Source of the DNA: Phoronis australis
Lineage: Eukaryota; Animalia; Phoronida
DNA length: 64,000 bases
Reading direction: 5' to 3'
Assembly (NCBI GenBank): GCA_002633005.1
Contig: NMRA01000075.1
Location: 1,010,426-1,074,425, forward strand
The position numbers were made by a program, and so were the translations under genes. Within the stretch, counting starts at the first letter, position 1. The number at the start of each line of letters is the position of its first letter. This document shows, piece after piece, positions 26,975-39,466 of the stretch. Below the pieces are notes generated by a model. It had not been told where the DNA came from, did not search any database, and saw only the letters and a program-made list of their open reading frames with translations.

Positions 26975-27275
26975 CAGTGGCGGATTTAGGGGGGGGGGGG
27001 CAAGGGGGCTATGTCCCCCCTAAAATTCTACCAGATACATTTGGGAATTCGGGTTCGGCGCAAACAGGGGCTCGTCGGGGGTGAATAAACAACGCATAGG
27101 TCCTGAACAAACTGAACAAATCCCGTTTACCGTATTTTTTGGTCAACAGGTCCGCAACCCCAAACATTCGAGACCTCTGCGTCCCCACATTTTAGGCTGG
27201 GCGCGCGCATCTGTAGAAATTTTGATTATTCCCGTGCCCTGGCACCCCCTAACTCAAAATCCTGGATCCGCCCTG
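26975..27275 (+). mobile_element. MITE, CAGTGGCGG family, long composite form, 5-bp TSD GATCC
   Basis: gatcc|cagtggcggatttagggg ... cctggatccgccctg|gatcc. Confidence 0.9.
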
Positions 27276-28561
27276 GATCCTGCCAAAAATTCACGTGCAC
27301 ACACGCTAATTATTGAAGAGCTCTTTTACAAATACACCGAGACTTACTGAAGACCACACGTATGTTATTTACAGCGCTGTTTACAAACTCACTAAACGCG
27401 TGAACTGTTCAAGTATGTACCATTTAAACACAGGCAAAGGCTTCACAAATGCAATCATATGAATTAGATTGAGAAACAACCAATCATGTAAATGGTAATT
27501 ATTTGCGATATTACGCAATGTTTAACGGTAAAGAAACTAATGACTAGTGTCTTTACCGTTAAATAAAACCACGCAAAAATTACTTGTAAAAAAATTGCGT
27601 GTTAGGTTCATTGTGGATGTGGATGTGTCAGAGTCCACATACCTAGAGCAGTCAGGGCAGTTAAACAACTTATTTGTATTTCACCCTTCGGGGGTTCTTG
27701 ACAATGGTTACATTCCAGCCTAACTGCATGCAGGGCCCCAGTCAAAGATGGCCATTTATCACAAATGCAAACTTGTGCGACTGTGCTATATTTTTGCAAA
27801 GTAACCGCGAATGTAGATAAAGCGTCTAAGGTCAATGTTGTTCGCAGGGTTCTATCGACGTTTATTTGTTTTGCGTGAAATTGATAAGTTACAACGTGTT
27901 TTTGACGTTCAAATCTCTATTTGCATCTGGTTGAGATAAAATAAACACTGAATCAACTGTGTTTAAATCTACTCTACCGCTTCGATGTTACACGTGCGGA
28001 ATACTGCGATATTAACTGGAGTGATAAAGCGTCATCCCGCCTTTGTGACTAAATAGTATGGCGCTATGATGACTAAAAATACCACTGATGGCACATAGGC
28101 CTTATTGAATAAATTATTTAGGATATAGAAAATTTGCGCTGATGTCCTGGTCTTGAAGTTTTTACTTGTGCTTTCATTGGCAGTATTAGATCTTAGGATG
28201 TGCATTGTTGTGAAATGATTTTTAGAGACGAGAATAGAAATCTATCTATCTGTATTATCTGTCAGATCAGATGGTTAGTAGTAGGAGTAGTGAAATATAT
28301 ACATTTGAGGTAAAATACATTCTGTATTACAATATTGTTCTCCTCCGGGTTCTGAAATAAATAGTAAAATTTTAACAAACAACATGGCACAGGTAAGAAA
28401 TAAAACATGAAATAAAAGGTTAAGAACAACACTGTCAACAGTTGAGTGAAAGACTAACATGTTGTATAGACACCTGGATCTAAAGACATCAATAAATGCA
28501 CTCTGCCGGACATCAAGATCGAGATAGTTCCATATCTTGCCACAAGAGCGTGAATGATTGG

Positions 28562-28665
28562 CAAAATTGGTCCATGGGCCTGTTTCACAAAATTGGTCCA
28601 TGGGCCTGTTTCACAAAATTGGTCCATGGGCCTGTTTCACAAAATTGGTCCATGGGCCTGTTTCA
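28562..28665. repeat. 26-bp tandem repeat, 4 perfect copies
   Basis: Unit caaaattggtccatgggcctgtttca. Confidence 0.92.
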
Positions 28666-28774
28666 GAAATTTGGTCTCGCGCTCCACACAGCTATTTATG
28701 AAAAACAATTAAATTTCGCTTGTGTAAAAGTCCAATTCCAATTACGGAGCTAAAGATTGTCATTGTCACCAGAC

Positions 28775-29165
28775 TTGGGGCCGGGGTTTAATCTCCGGAC
28801 TTGAAATCGAAATCGAAATTGTTTTTTATTCTCCGTTCTACTTTAACACTAACTCAATATAAGTGTCTATAATTTTGCACGCGGGTATATTATGGTTGAC
28901 GCAGAGTTTGGTGACACTTAGATTCGAGCTACAATCACGAGTTAAAACTCAAAGTTTTAAGTAAAACCTCGAAAGTTTGAGGTCAGCCTCGAATTACAGG
29001 CAGCTTTATTGCTGGGGTAATCAAAAGCAAATTAAGATCCAGCCTCGTGAACCCGCACAATACCCTCCAGCACAGAATAATGGACATTAATTTTGTGTTC
29101 GTACTAAAGTAGAACTAAAAATACTTTGGAGTTCGTTTTGCGTACAAAGATTTGATCCTGGGAGC
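28775..29165. mobile_element. Degenerate copy of the 10.0/12.7 kb MITE-like family
   Basis: ggggccgggg start, ttctactt/aaagtagaac inverted subterminal blocks and ctcgaaagtttgaggtcagcctcgaa core. Confidence 0.5.
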
Positions 29166-30993
29166 TGGTATGTTATTGTGAACTTGATTTACTTGCTGCA
29201 TTTTATCACTGAACTCTTTGTTGCGTTGCCATTGACACATAGTTAAACACATGTGGTAATCTCTACGCGCATCCAATCATTACGGTTATGCCTATTTAGG
29301 TCCAGAATAGTTCCATCTCTGTAATCTGGCTCTCAGACCCTAATTACAAGAGGCCCACACATCATAATATTCCAAATGTGACAAAACTAAGTCTCTGAAC
29401 AAAATGATTTAGATAACCCAGAGCCAAAAACTTCTTTGACATCTCTAGAAATTCGACCTTTAATCAGGGAGACACATGCGAAAAGTTGGTGTTTGGAGCA
29501 TATTCGACTTCCAAATTTTCGGACCCCGCATAAAACAAAGCATACCCGTAGCCAAGAGGGTGTTGCGGATACAAACGCACTCCTTCCCCTCACCACCGGC
29601 AGTTGAGGCCCCCTTAAAAGCCGTTAGATCTGCTTCGGTCTAAGCCATAACAAACTACGCAAAAATTAAGTGTAATATTTGATTTGGCTCTAAAAATTTG
29701 AAAATAAACTGATGTATGTGGTCGTAACACGAAGACAATACTGGTTTCTGTCTATTCTAGGTTATTTGGAGAAGCAAGAATCGGAAGACAGTGTTGTCTT
29801 CAATCGCACTTGCATTGGTAAAAATTTGCTGCCAAGTCACACAAACGTGTGTGGTTCGCAAGAAATTATGTGTATTTAGTGATTTTTGCACCTCGGTGAG
29901 AGAGTTTTTTTTAAGAATAAAAATAGTCAAAAAATCAAAGTGAAAAATATTAAACATTACAGTTCACGATTTCAATGAGGATCATAGATTGGGATTGGTA
30001 AGAAGATAATTCGGTATGAAATATTTAGTAAATTTTTGTTCTAGTGTTATCAACTGGTAGTGTTCTTAAACAGTCTTATTACAGAGTCATTTTTAGTTAC
30101 CACTTGAAATGGAAATTATGCAGAAAAGACAAAAACAATGTCTGAAACCTTTCAACAGCATGATCAAACTGATCCCGTCAAACTTCATTCACTACGTCAT
30201 CAAGTAAAAGGCGATATCCCCTGCGACAGCTGTACGTTCCGTAAGCGCGAGAACTTCGCTGAAACCTCAAGATCACGCAAAACTTCACGGATATCGCCAT
30301 GTATGAAAAGCGAAACATGTGATCGCATTAGCTTCCTTGCGATATGCTTGCGACGTCTACTAAACTCTGCCGGCCAAATGAGAGTACTAAAATTTTCTGA
30401 GCAGTGAAAATAAAAACGTAACAGTCTGCCAGAGAGCGATTTCATTTTTGAAGTCAAGTTTTAAAATAAGTTAATTTTGTTTTATTTTTCGTATTTTTGT
30501 GTAATGCTTCATTGTTGTTCTGAGAGATAAAAAGTGAAACGTTTTAAGGAAAGAGTCTCTGGTTTGAAAGTTACACAAAGGATATTTTGATCTGATTTTC
30601 TGACAAATAATAATAGCAGTAATTCCAGGAACCGAACCGTACCGTGAGAATCGAGAACCGAGGTTAAAAATGGAACCGAACCAAATCGAAAACATGGAAC
30701 GGTTGCACTTTAAGGAAGTAGGCACGTGAGCCGCCACGTGCTTTGTAAACATGGAGTGGCAAAGAAACTGCTCAGTTTTAGAAATGGAAATTCAAAAACA
30801 CCAAGGACATGCAAAGAACTTAATCTTCTTCCTGAGATATTCCATAATGTATTTCTTTTGTTATAAAGAATTAATTCCTTATTCGATACTCTTTTATGAA
30901 TTTAATCCAGTTATCTTGTGACAACTCTACAAACATGCAGTAATTGTCATTTGAAGTGTGGGTACATTTGTGAGACACCCTGTATCTAAATCT

Positions 30994-31166
30994 CAGAGGC
31001 GGATTTAGATGGGGGCCAAGGGAGCCATGCCTCCCCCCCCCTTAAATCCTCCCAGATTCCATTTGGCAGTTCGGAGATGCGAATGTCTGACGGGCAAAAT
31101 CCTGGCTAAAACTATGCCCTGGCCCNCCCCCCCCCCCTCATAGCCTTCTATGGTGTGCCGCCCATG
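30994..31166 (+). mobile_element. Short CAGAGGCGGAT MITE with a different 3' end (GCCGCCCATG), next to a Tc1/mariner-like end (gagacaccctg|ta, ~30972-30984)
   Basis: The 5' half matches the 21137 copy, while the 3' end resembles the TIR of the 6510 element. No clean TSD. Confidence 0.6.
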
Positions 31167-33039
31167 AATGGGTATGATATTATGAAGATGGGATAAAGTT
31201 ACAGAACTTCTATTTTCGATGAATTGCCGTTTTCGCTGGGTAAAGTTTAACGACAAACCCGCGCGACAATTACATGTACTTGGCACGTGACTTGGCAAAA
31301 AAAATGAGCTCCTAATTATTAATTTTATTACCTGTTACTCGTGAATAATAGTGTCTTAGTATATGAATTAGAATGTAAAGGATGACGTGTCTGACAAATT
31401 TCTCATCCCCTTTTCAATGAATCACGGTTTTGCTTGAATTTACTGTTTCAATGTCAATTGAGGCAATGCGCAAAAGCCCCAACATTTACATCTATTTCAT
31501 GCCATGTGCGAGGATCTTACATATCAGAAATACTGGGATCCTTTCCTTGCAGTTTATGCGTTAATTTGTGACAAATTGTTACTTCAATGTATTTTTCCAT
31601 AGAAAGTTTTGTATTTACTCTCTGACGAGAAATCGCCTTCTAAATAACTGTTCACTGAAATCCAAATCCTCTACTGTCTGCGCCTGTTTTCTGGTAAATC
31701 TCTAACACCACTTATCAGTAGTAACATCCGATATGCAATATTAGTTTGATTGAGCACGCCACAGTCTTCATTCATCGAAACGTATTCGAGCGTGCCAGCC
31801 AAAGAACACCGATTATCCGCCCAGTGGCTTCCATAACTGAGCTGATTAGCACAAGGTTTAAATGCTCACTCAGGTTTGCCACCTGGTGTTTAAAGGAAAA
31901 AAACACTGGGGGGAGGGACGGGGAGAAGGAGGAAGGGAGATAGGGAAGAAAGGGGGAGGGAGGGGGGAGGCTGGCATGCAGAGAGATAAGGAAGGGGCGC
32001 AACGATTCTTTGTTCATTGACGTAAACATAATCTGTACATGATTTGACAAAAGACGAGTAAATCATAATATTGCACGTTAGTTTAACATAATGAATGAGA
32101 TAGACGATTCAGATTTCTAACACAGGCGGCGTTGCTGATTCAACACTGCCACCCAAAAGTCAGGTTTCTGTGACGTTTGCATGCTAAAATGACTATGACT
32201 TTGTTATTTGTAGTTAAAAATTACCCCCGGGGTCCTGTTTCAGGTGATTTACAATCTTAATTTAAATGCCTGCCCTGAAATTGGTTACGTGTTTTTCATG
32301 AAAAAACATCAAAGGACACGTGCTGACTTTTATTAATTTAATTGACTTAATTCAAATATGCGTGAGTAACACAGACGTTCTGTCTTACGCCGGCATTAAT
32401 TGACTCATCCCGCTTACTTTCGTTAAAGTAGCGGCGGATCAATAACATTAACGTAAAGAACAGCTTGCCGTGCTCCCCAACATTAGACCGGTCCACTGGT
32501 TTAGCAGTGACCTAGCTCTATTCGACATGTCAAAATACTGCATTGGGTCAATACGTTTTACATTTCGACGAACAATGACCACTGAGGGCGCGCTGAACTT
32601 GGGTGAACATTAAACCCATTTGGTGTAGTATAAAACTGCTTTCAGTTGGTGTTAACATATACCACTTACTCAGCTGTAGAAGATGTTGAGCAGATTTCAC
32701 ATACATCTATATACAGCAATTCGGAAGTAACAGCCGACACTTGATTATTGGTGGTACCAGGTAAACACGACCCGACGGCACCAACTTCCTCGGGGATAGG
32801 GGGATGCCGGGCCAAGAACTGCGTTGCCCAGGCGATTGCGCCGCATCTGTCCACAGAGTAGTCTAAATTATTCATATTCTTACTCTTTGTTGGAGTCCGC
32901 AATGACAAAGTTGTTTTACGCAATATCTACATGTTTGCGCAGGCAAGATGTTTCAATCGGTCATTTCTCAAGCGATCCTCATCCAGTTCGTAGAAAAACG
33001 CGCGGTTATCTGATACTTTCGTGGTACTGGTCAATGAAT

Positions 33040-33240
33040 GACTCGGTGGTCCAGTGGCGAGAGTACTTGACTGACAATCGAAAGGGCTACTGTTCAAATC
33101 CCACGCGGGCTAGGAATTCCAAAAAATGCTCTCATCGCTGACCGCCCATGAGTGTACCACATACCCGCGCTCGTTATTGCATGAGCGTGGTAGCACCTGA
33201 ACCAGGATGAGCCGGATAAATGACAAGCCGAAACGTTTTC
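33040..33240 (+). mobile_element. tRNA-derived SINE (degenerate)
   Basis: Pol III A box TGGTCCAGTGG (33047-33057), anticodon-like arm cttga-ctgacaa-tcgaa and B box GTTCAAATCCC (33092-33102), followed by a non-tRNA body. Stems are too mismatched for a functional tRNA. Confidence 0.65.
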
Positions 33241-36200
33241 CGACAAATGGGGTTTTGTAGACAAAATGATTTCACAGGACTCCTACACAGTGAAAAGTTT
33301 ACCTTTTAAAAAGTCGTGAACGCGCCTTTCTTGAAAGACAAGTAACCTTTAGGAAGTAACACTCAAATTGTCAAAATATATGTGATTTCTGGGCTTGGAG
33401 TGAAATGATAGTTGGTTTATGCTTAGTCAACACGTTGACTTGTCAAGGCGGGTCACTTTAATAACTAGGCCTGCATGGTCCGAAGATATATCGATTTATC
33501 TCTTCTGTGCAAGATAAAAAATCATTTGAGACCAGTTTTGTGGTCTAAATCAAAAGTTAGTTTCTTCAACTTTGTAGCTGGTCCAACGCGCCGCTAATGG
33601 ACTTGTCGAATTGTGTCTAATGTATTTACTCTACTTAAGGTTTATGAAGTGGTTTGTGTACACTTTTAGACTTTTAAATTGAAACTCGTTCTGGCCGAAA
33701 TCCCAAAAGTCTATTAAAACTGTATTCTCCCAATTACAAAAGGAATCAGTGGCGAAATTAGTTGATGCATTTTACATGTAATTGTAAAATTGCGCTAACT
33801 GGGATCGAAAATTTGTTTTTATTTGAGCGACTTGTTTTTAAAAAATTGGCCTCAGCTTCCTTACTAGGATTAAAGCTGGTTTCTAAGCATGTAAAGATTT
33901 GAGAATTCCACATTGCATCAGGCTTGATATATTTACCATTGCACGCTTGGTAGAGCCGAGTACCGTCATAAACAATTACGCTGAAACTGAATTTGATGGC
34001 GTCCCGTTACTTAAGTTAAAAGAAAGTCATTTTGATACAGAAGGCGAGTTGATTGCATTAAGCATATTGAGTCTACGAAAATAACGACGACGAAGTGTCG
34101 TTTTCATGTATAACAAATACCACGAATTTAATCGAGACATTTCAATGCAATAAACAACAAGGCGAAGATTAAAATAGACATCGTATACACTTGTCCATTG
34201 ACCTGTTGGCTTCATAGTGTTCTGTAGTAGTCTTCCACGTGATGTCGAGAAGAGGCAAGAATAATTGACCAGTAATTTAGGACCTGAAATCTGAAACTAT
34301 TATGCAAACTTTGATTTTGTTTGAAGAAATAAACTTGCTATCAAAAGATATCTGTCGTCTGAGTTTCATACATCCACACCAACTACTTGTATACCAGCTA
34401 TTACCAAAAACAAAGAAGCAGTTCTTAATCAAATATGGGCTAGTTTGTTCCTAAATTCTCAAAATTTTTAACATATTTTTACAAGACGTATCGAATGTTT
34501 GTAAATGTTCCTCCTTGGATAGTTTTAATCATGTTTTATTAAATATCCTGTCAATCAAATAGACCGTGACCATTTCTTCGTTGCCTTTGATTCAAATATT
34601 GATGTCGCCTCCATTTACTACAGCTTGCCTAATAATCAACCTGCTTCATCTTTACTTTATGGTTCGAATCAGCTTAACTTATATCTGAATATTTTCTACT
34701 TTCATTTATAATAGCAAACTCAAGTTTTAATAACTTAATATCCTTTCTGTGTTTTTGTTTTATGTGTCTTTGTCTGTGTTTTGTGACTAGATCGTATCAT
34801 ATTGTTATACCATAGGAATTGTATCTTGTAATTTTGATATCTGTCAGTAATCAACCTTTTTATTTTTATTCTTATCATTATTCTTTATCTGCCTGCATAT
34901 AATGTCATCGATTTTCGAGCAGTAATTCTATTACTTTTTGTTCAATTCCTTAAGGTGAAATAAACAGTTATCTAGTAACAAACATATATGTGGTTAAAAA
35001 ATAATGTACAAAAAGTAGATGGAACGCGTGCGCCACCACGGTCTTCATAGCAAGTTTAGGCTGTCCGCCGTACAGAGTTATAATGCATTAGAGTGGCTCC
35101 GTCGGATATGACCATTTCAGCTCAGCGGAAATAACGTAAATCTAGTTGAACCTTTGGCTCTAAGAAAATATCAGTTATCTACACGCGTTAAATCCATTAT
35201 TGTAGATGCTATTTGTCCAACGGTTTAGAGATACACACTCAGTGTGTGGGTCGTGACAGATGACGAGCTGTACAGGCATAAGAGTTCTCGTCTTCGCACA
35301 TTTTTCTAGCTATAATGATAGAGTATCATCAAAGTCAGCGAAAAACATCCTTGAGGACTAATTGGCTCAAATTTTAAGATAACGACATCACTTACAAGTC
35401 ACAGTAATTAGACTGTTGTGGTAAATGAACACGCAGGTAGTTAGTAAACGTAACACACAAACGTAACACGTAAAGACATCCGCCAACGTGGAAAGCACTA
35501 TTTAAAAAGTAACACGCAGTCGTTGCGTTGTGATTTCGTGACAACTCGAATATTGAAGTTGCCGTTGAAGTTATTCTGAAATAAACTATGCTACGTAAAG
35601 TGTGACTTAATTACAACTAAAAGTCAAATCTAGGTTACAAAAAATTATTTTTCTTAATTAAAAGTGGGCTTGATAGCTTAATTTTGAAGGATTTGATATT
35701 TATTTGTTTGTTGGCGATAACGTCAGTATACATATCTCACTTGGCATAACTGGGTAAATATACAAGTAAAACTGGCAGTAAATTCCAATTTGATTTCAAT
35801 TGATGTTGTCGTATGTGTTGAATGTTAGGTTCTGCCAACCCTGTAGAGAATAAACCCGACTTCCTGTGAGTGACGTCAAACCATTATGAGGTCCGGCGAA
35901 GTTCGGAAGTATAACCTAAGCATGTGCAAATTGATTTACGTACCCAGTTGTTGGGATTTGCGCGAGTTTTGAATATATTTTACAGGAAGCCGCACAACCC
36001 ATACAGTAGAAATTGCTTCTTTGAGCTATGATGGAGAAATGATAAAATAATTGTTCAGAAAGTACATTTTATGAAAATGAACTCGGCTTTTGTTCTTGGT
36101 TGGTTGGAATTACAATTTGATATCAATCGAATCGAAATTGGTGAAATTCTTGAAAGAGCTGAGTCCTTGTGTTCTACTATTTTAAATTGGTTTTGAATTG

Positions 36201-37636
36201 TTTGGAATGAGAATTAGAAAAGTTTTAAATATTTTTCACAAAGTTTTGACCTTTTTTCAACAAACAAATCTGTGCTTTTTAATTTAAATTGGGCTAAAGT
36301 AGGGGTCTTACTATCACGTCTAGTAAAACGAATGTAGTTTGACGAATTCTGCATCTAGCTCGCGTACATGTAAATATCTTACTTTCTCAAGAAGCTATCG
36401 TGCTATAATCTACTGATCGCATGCTATACACGCGTGTAGCGATCATGCTGCAAAAGTCATGGCCGAGCAACTGACACGGGGATAGTCACTGTGATAATTG
36501 AGGAACTGTACACGAACAAGGGCCCCTGGAAATGACATGGAAAGGCCAAGCTATAGAACGCGGAAACTACAATGTGGCTGATCTCGATGATTGATCGGGT
36601 TCTTTGTGAAAATATCAATAACTTGTTCTTTTATTCTAGTACCTTGTACAACATTCTTTCGTCCGTCTTAATTCCTTTTCACGCTGTGGGGACCTCACTC
36701 TTTTTCTCGGTGACAGAAATTGTCCAACACCGTTAGCTGGATCGCAAGCGGTGCTACTTCGCATGACGTAAACGAACAAGTAAACGCATGTGCGTTCATG
36801 TGAGTTCAAGTTCAGGTCCTTTGCATTTGATTGGCAATTCTTTCACCAATCTGTGATTATTGTGAGAGAATGCAAAGACCCGCGGGTTCAAGGATTTTGT
36901 GAACTAGAATCAAAATCGCGATTCGTTTTGATGCATAACATACAAAAAATGGTTTAATTTAAATTGTAGCGGCCTTATTCCTCAAACTCGAGTTCATCAA
37001 ATTTAAGAAAACATGCTCATTTATAATCGCGGCCCGTCAATGTTATTCCGAAATAAAGGATAATCTATCTGCATACATTTTAGGTCAAGTGCCGATCGTA
37101 ATAATTTATCGATTAGCACTCCAAGTCTTGCCAAGCAATTTCTTCGCATGTGTCAAACAGGAAGGTTCTCTATACAAACACAGTCCAGTAGAATTAGTCT
37201 GGAAATGGATTCGTGCAAATTGAATATCAGGAATGAAGTTAGCAATTTAGTCAAACGAGTTCTTTTTATTGCTTTTCTTTGTATATAAAAAACTTCAAAA
37301 GGGAACTTCGGAACACGTCTGTGCCATTGATGGTAATGATTGTTTGGTGTAAGTCTCTAAGCCAAACATGACAGTGAACCTACATGTACGTTGTCAGATT
37401 AATAATTCTTAGGTCGGTTTTGGAGCAAATTGCTTCAAACTAAAAGTAACATAAATGTCAACACTTTTACAACCGTATATACCGAGCAACTGGATGTCGA
37501 TAAGACACTGCCGTACCGTATTTTAAAAATGTTTTGTTTATGTTTGACGAGTCAATTTCGTTTCGTGTTGCTTTCTGTTAACCTTTGACCCTCCCCCTGC
37601 TCCACTTCTTTCTGGTCCACCTCCTCCTCTGCTATG

Positions 37637-37692
37637 TTGTCGTCGTCGTCGTCACTGTCGTCGTCGTCGTCACTGTCGTCGTCGTCGTCATC
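37637..37692. repeat. (GTC)n interrupted microsatellite
   Basis: gtcgtcgtcgtcgtcactgtcgtc... about 100 nt upstream of the CCKR exon 2 acceptor. Confidence 0.85.
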
Positions 37693-37796
37693 AAATTTTA
37701 TGGAAATAATTAAGACAGAAATTTAACTTGGCATGTTTTATTACACAATTTGGCTTGTTTTACTAATGCACCGTTCCGTCATATTTTGTTTTTCAG

Positions 37797-38177
37797 CCGT
37801 GTCCGTTGGGGTCAGCATCTTCACTTTCGTTGTCATAGCCCTCGAACGATACTTTGCCATCTGCTCTCCTCTGAAGTCGCGCCGTTGGCAGACCATCAAG
37901 CACTCCTACAAGGCCATTGGCTTAATATGGGTTGCGGCACTCATCTGTATGCTACCTACAGCCATCACTAATAAGACTGTAGAAACTCCAACTCACACGA
38001 AATGCCAAGAAATCTGGGGACCGGAAGAATGGAAGAGGACCATGGAGAAAGTCTATACATTGTTCCTCGACTTCGTTCTGTTCATTATACCGCTGGCTTT
38101 CATATTGGTGTCCTACGGATGTATCACTCGCATTCTGTGGGCAGGTATCAAAATGGAAGCCGCGCAAAACAATCGTG
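37797..38177 (+). CDS. CCKR: CCK/sulfakinin-type receptor, coding exon 2: TM3 (ERY) to TM5 and start of ICL3
   Basis: Acceptor ttttgtttttcAG|CC and donor CGTG|GTGAGT, both phase 1. Encodes AVSVGVSIFTFVVIALERYFAICSPLKSRRWQT, matching the family motif ERY.AIC.PL.SR.WQT. Confidence 0.93.
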
Positions 38178-38440
38178 GTGAGTGAGTACGAATGCACGTT
38201 CCTGTGATGTGCTGAAACTCGAGCACCTCTTGCGTAGTAAAGAACAGTGTTTAAGTAACATAGTTGCATTTTAACTGTGTATAGAGAAATAGAGTTTAGA
38301 CATATGATTAGGACTACTGATGTAAGGATTGGTTTAATTTGAAGTAGACGTGCTCTTCACGTAACGTAAGACCCGTTTGACAAATGGTACCGTGAAGACT
38401 AAAAAGATTAAAATTTTTAGGAATGAATTAAATTTTCCAG

Positions 38441-38940
38441 AAATGAAAACCATCAAGAGTTCCAACTCAACTGATGGCGATGAAGAAGACAGCGATACGG
38501 CAACTGTTGCATCGAATGGTCGAATGCTGCCAGAGAGCAATGGCGGCAAAATACGTGGACCCCACAACATGCAACGCTGGAACACAGAAAAAAGTCTTGC
38601 TGCGAAACGTCGTGCCATAAAGATGCTTTTTGCAGTCGTATTGGAGTTCTTCATTTGCTGGACTCCTGTTTACGTCTTCATTACCATCAATACCTTTGAC
38701 AACACCTATCTTCTGCATGCCTTGGACGAAGCGTCTGCGCCAATGATTTTTAATCTAATTCACCTGTTGTCGTATTGCAACACGTGCTGCAACCCAATCA
38801 CATACTGCTTCATGAACGCCAAGTTTCGCCAAGGATTCTTGAACGTTTTTAAGTCCTGTCGCTGCTCAAAAGCCAAGGGGTCTCGCCGACATTACTCGTC
38901 CTACGGCCAGTCTCATGGGTCTCCTAAAACAAGTGAGTGA
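38441..38940 (+). CDS. CCKR: CCK/sulfakinin-type receptor, coding exon 3: ICL3, TM6, TM7, helix 8 and C-tail
   Basis: Acceptor aattttccAG|AA (phase 1). Encodes AKRRAIKMLFAVVLEFFICWTP (CWxP) and NTCCNPITYCFMNAKFRQGF (NPxxY). Ends either at TGA 38938-38940 or at the donor A|GTGAGT at 38932/38933. Confidence 0.93.
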
Positions 38941-38959
38941 ACTTATACGGTATGACTAT

Positions 38960-39212
38960 GCTGTGATGGTGTTGCTGATGCCAAAGATGGTAGTGATGAT
39001 GATGATAATACTTGTGGTGATGGTGGTGCTGGCGGTGATGATGATGGTGATGATGATAATGGTGATGGTGACGATGGAGGTGACGGTTATGATAGTCATT
39101 TTGTTGGTTGTTGTGATGATGGTGGTGGCGATGGCAATAGTTGTGTTGATGATGATGATGATGGTGGTGGTGATGATGATGATGATGATGATGATGATGG
39201 TGATGGTGATGG

Positions 39213-39289
<77 letters not shown>

Positions 39290-39466
39290 GTGATGGTGAT
39301 GATGATGATGATGGCTATAATGGCGAATGAGGGTGATAATGGCGGTGGCGGTGTTGATGGCGGTGAGTCTGGTGATGGTAGTGATATGGTGGTGGTTGTC
39401 ATGATGATGACGCAGACAGCGACAGTAACGGTGGCTGTGATGATAGTAACAATGATGGTGGTGGTG
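38960..39466. repeat. (GAT/GGT)n trinucleotide microsatellite region
   Basis: Long pure (GAT)n run at ~39214-39288 inside a degenerate GAT/GGT tract. Produces the poly-Met and poly-Ile ORFs. Confidence 0.95.

Noticed and set aside
31905-32000. Purine-rich tract as a functional triplex/G4 element
   Set aside because: Low-complexity sequence with no supporting context.
33040-33115. Functional tRNA gene
   Set aside because: Acceptor, anticodon and T stems are mismatched and the sequence continues into a SINE-like body.
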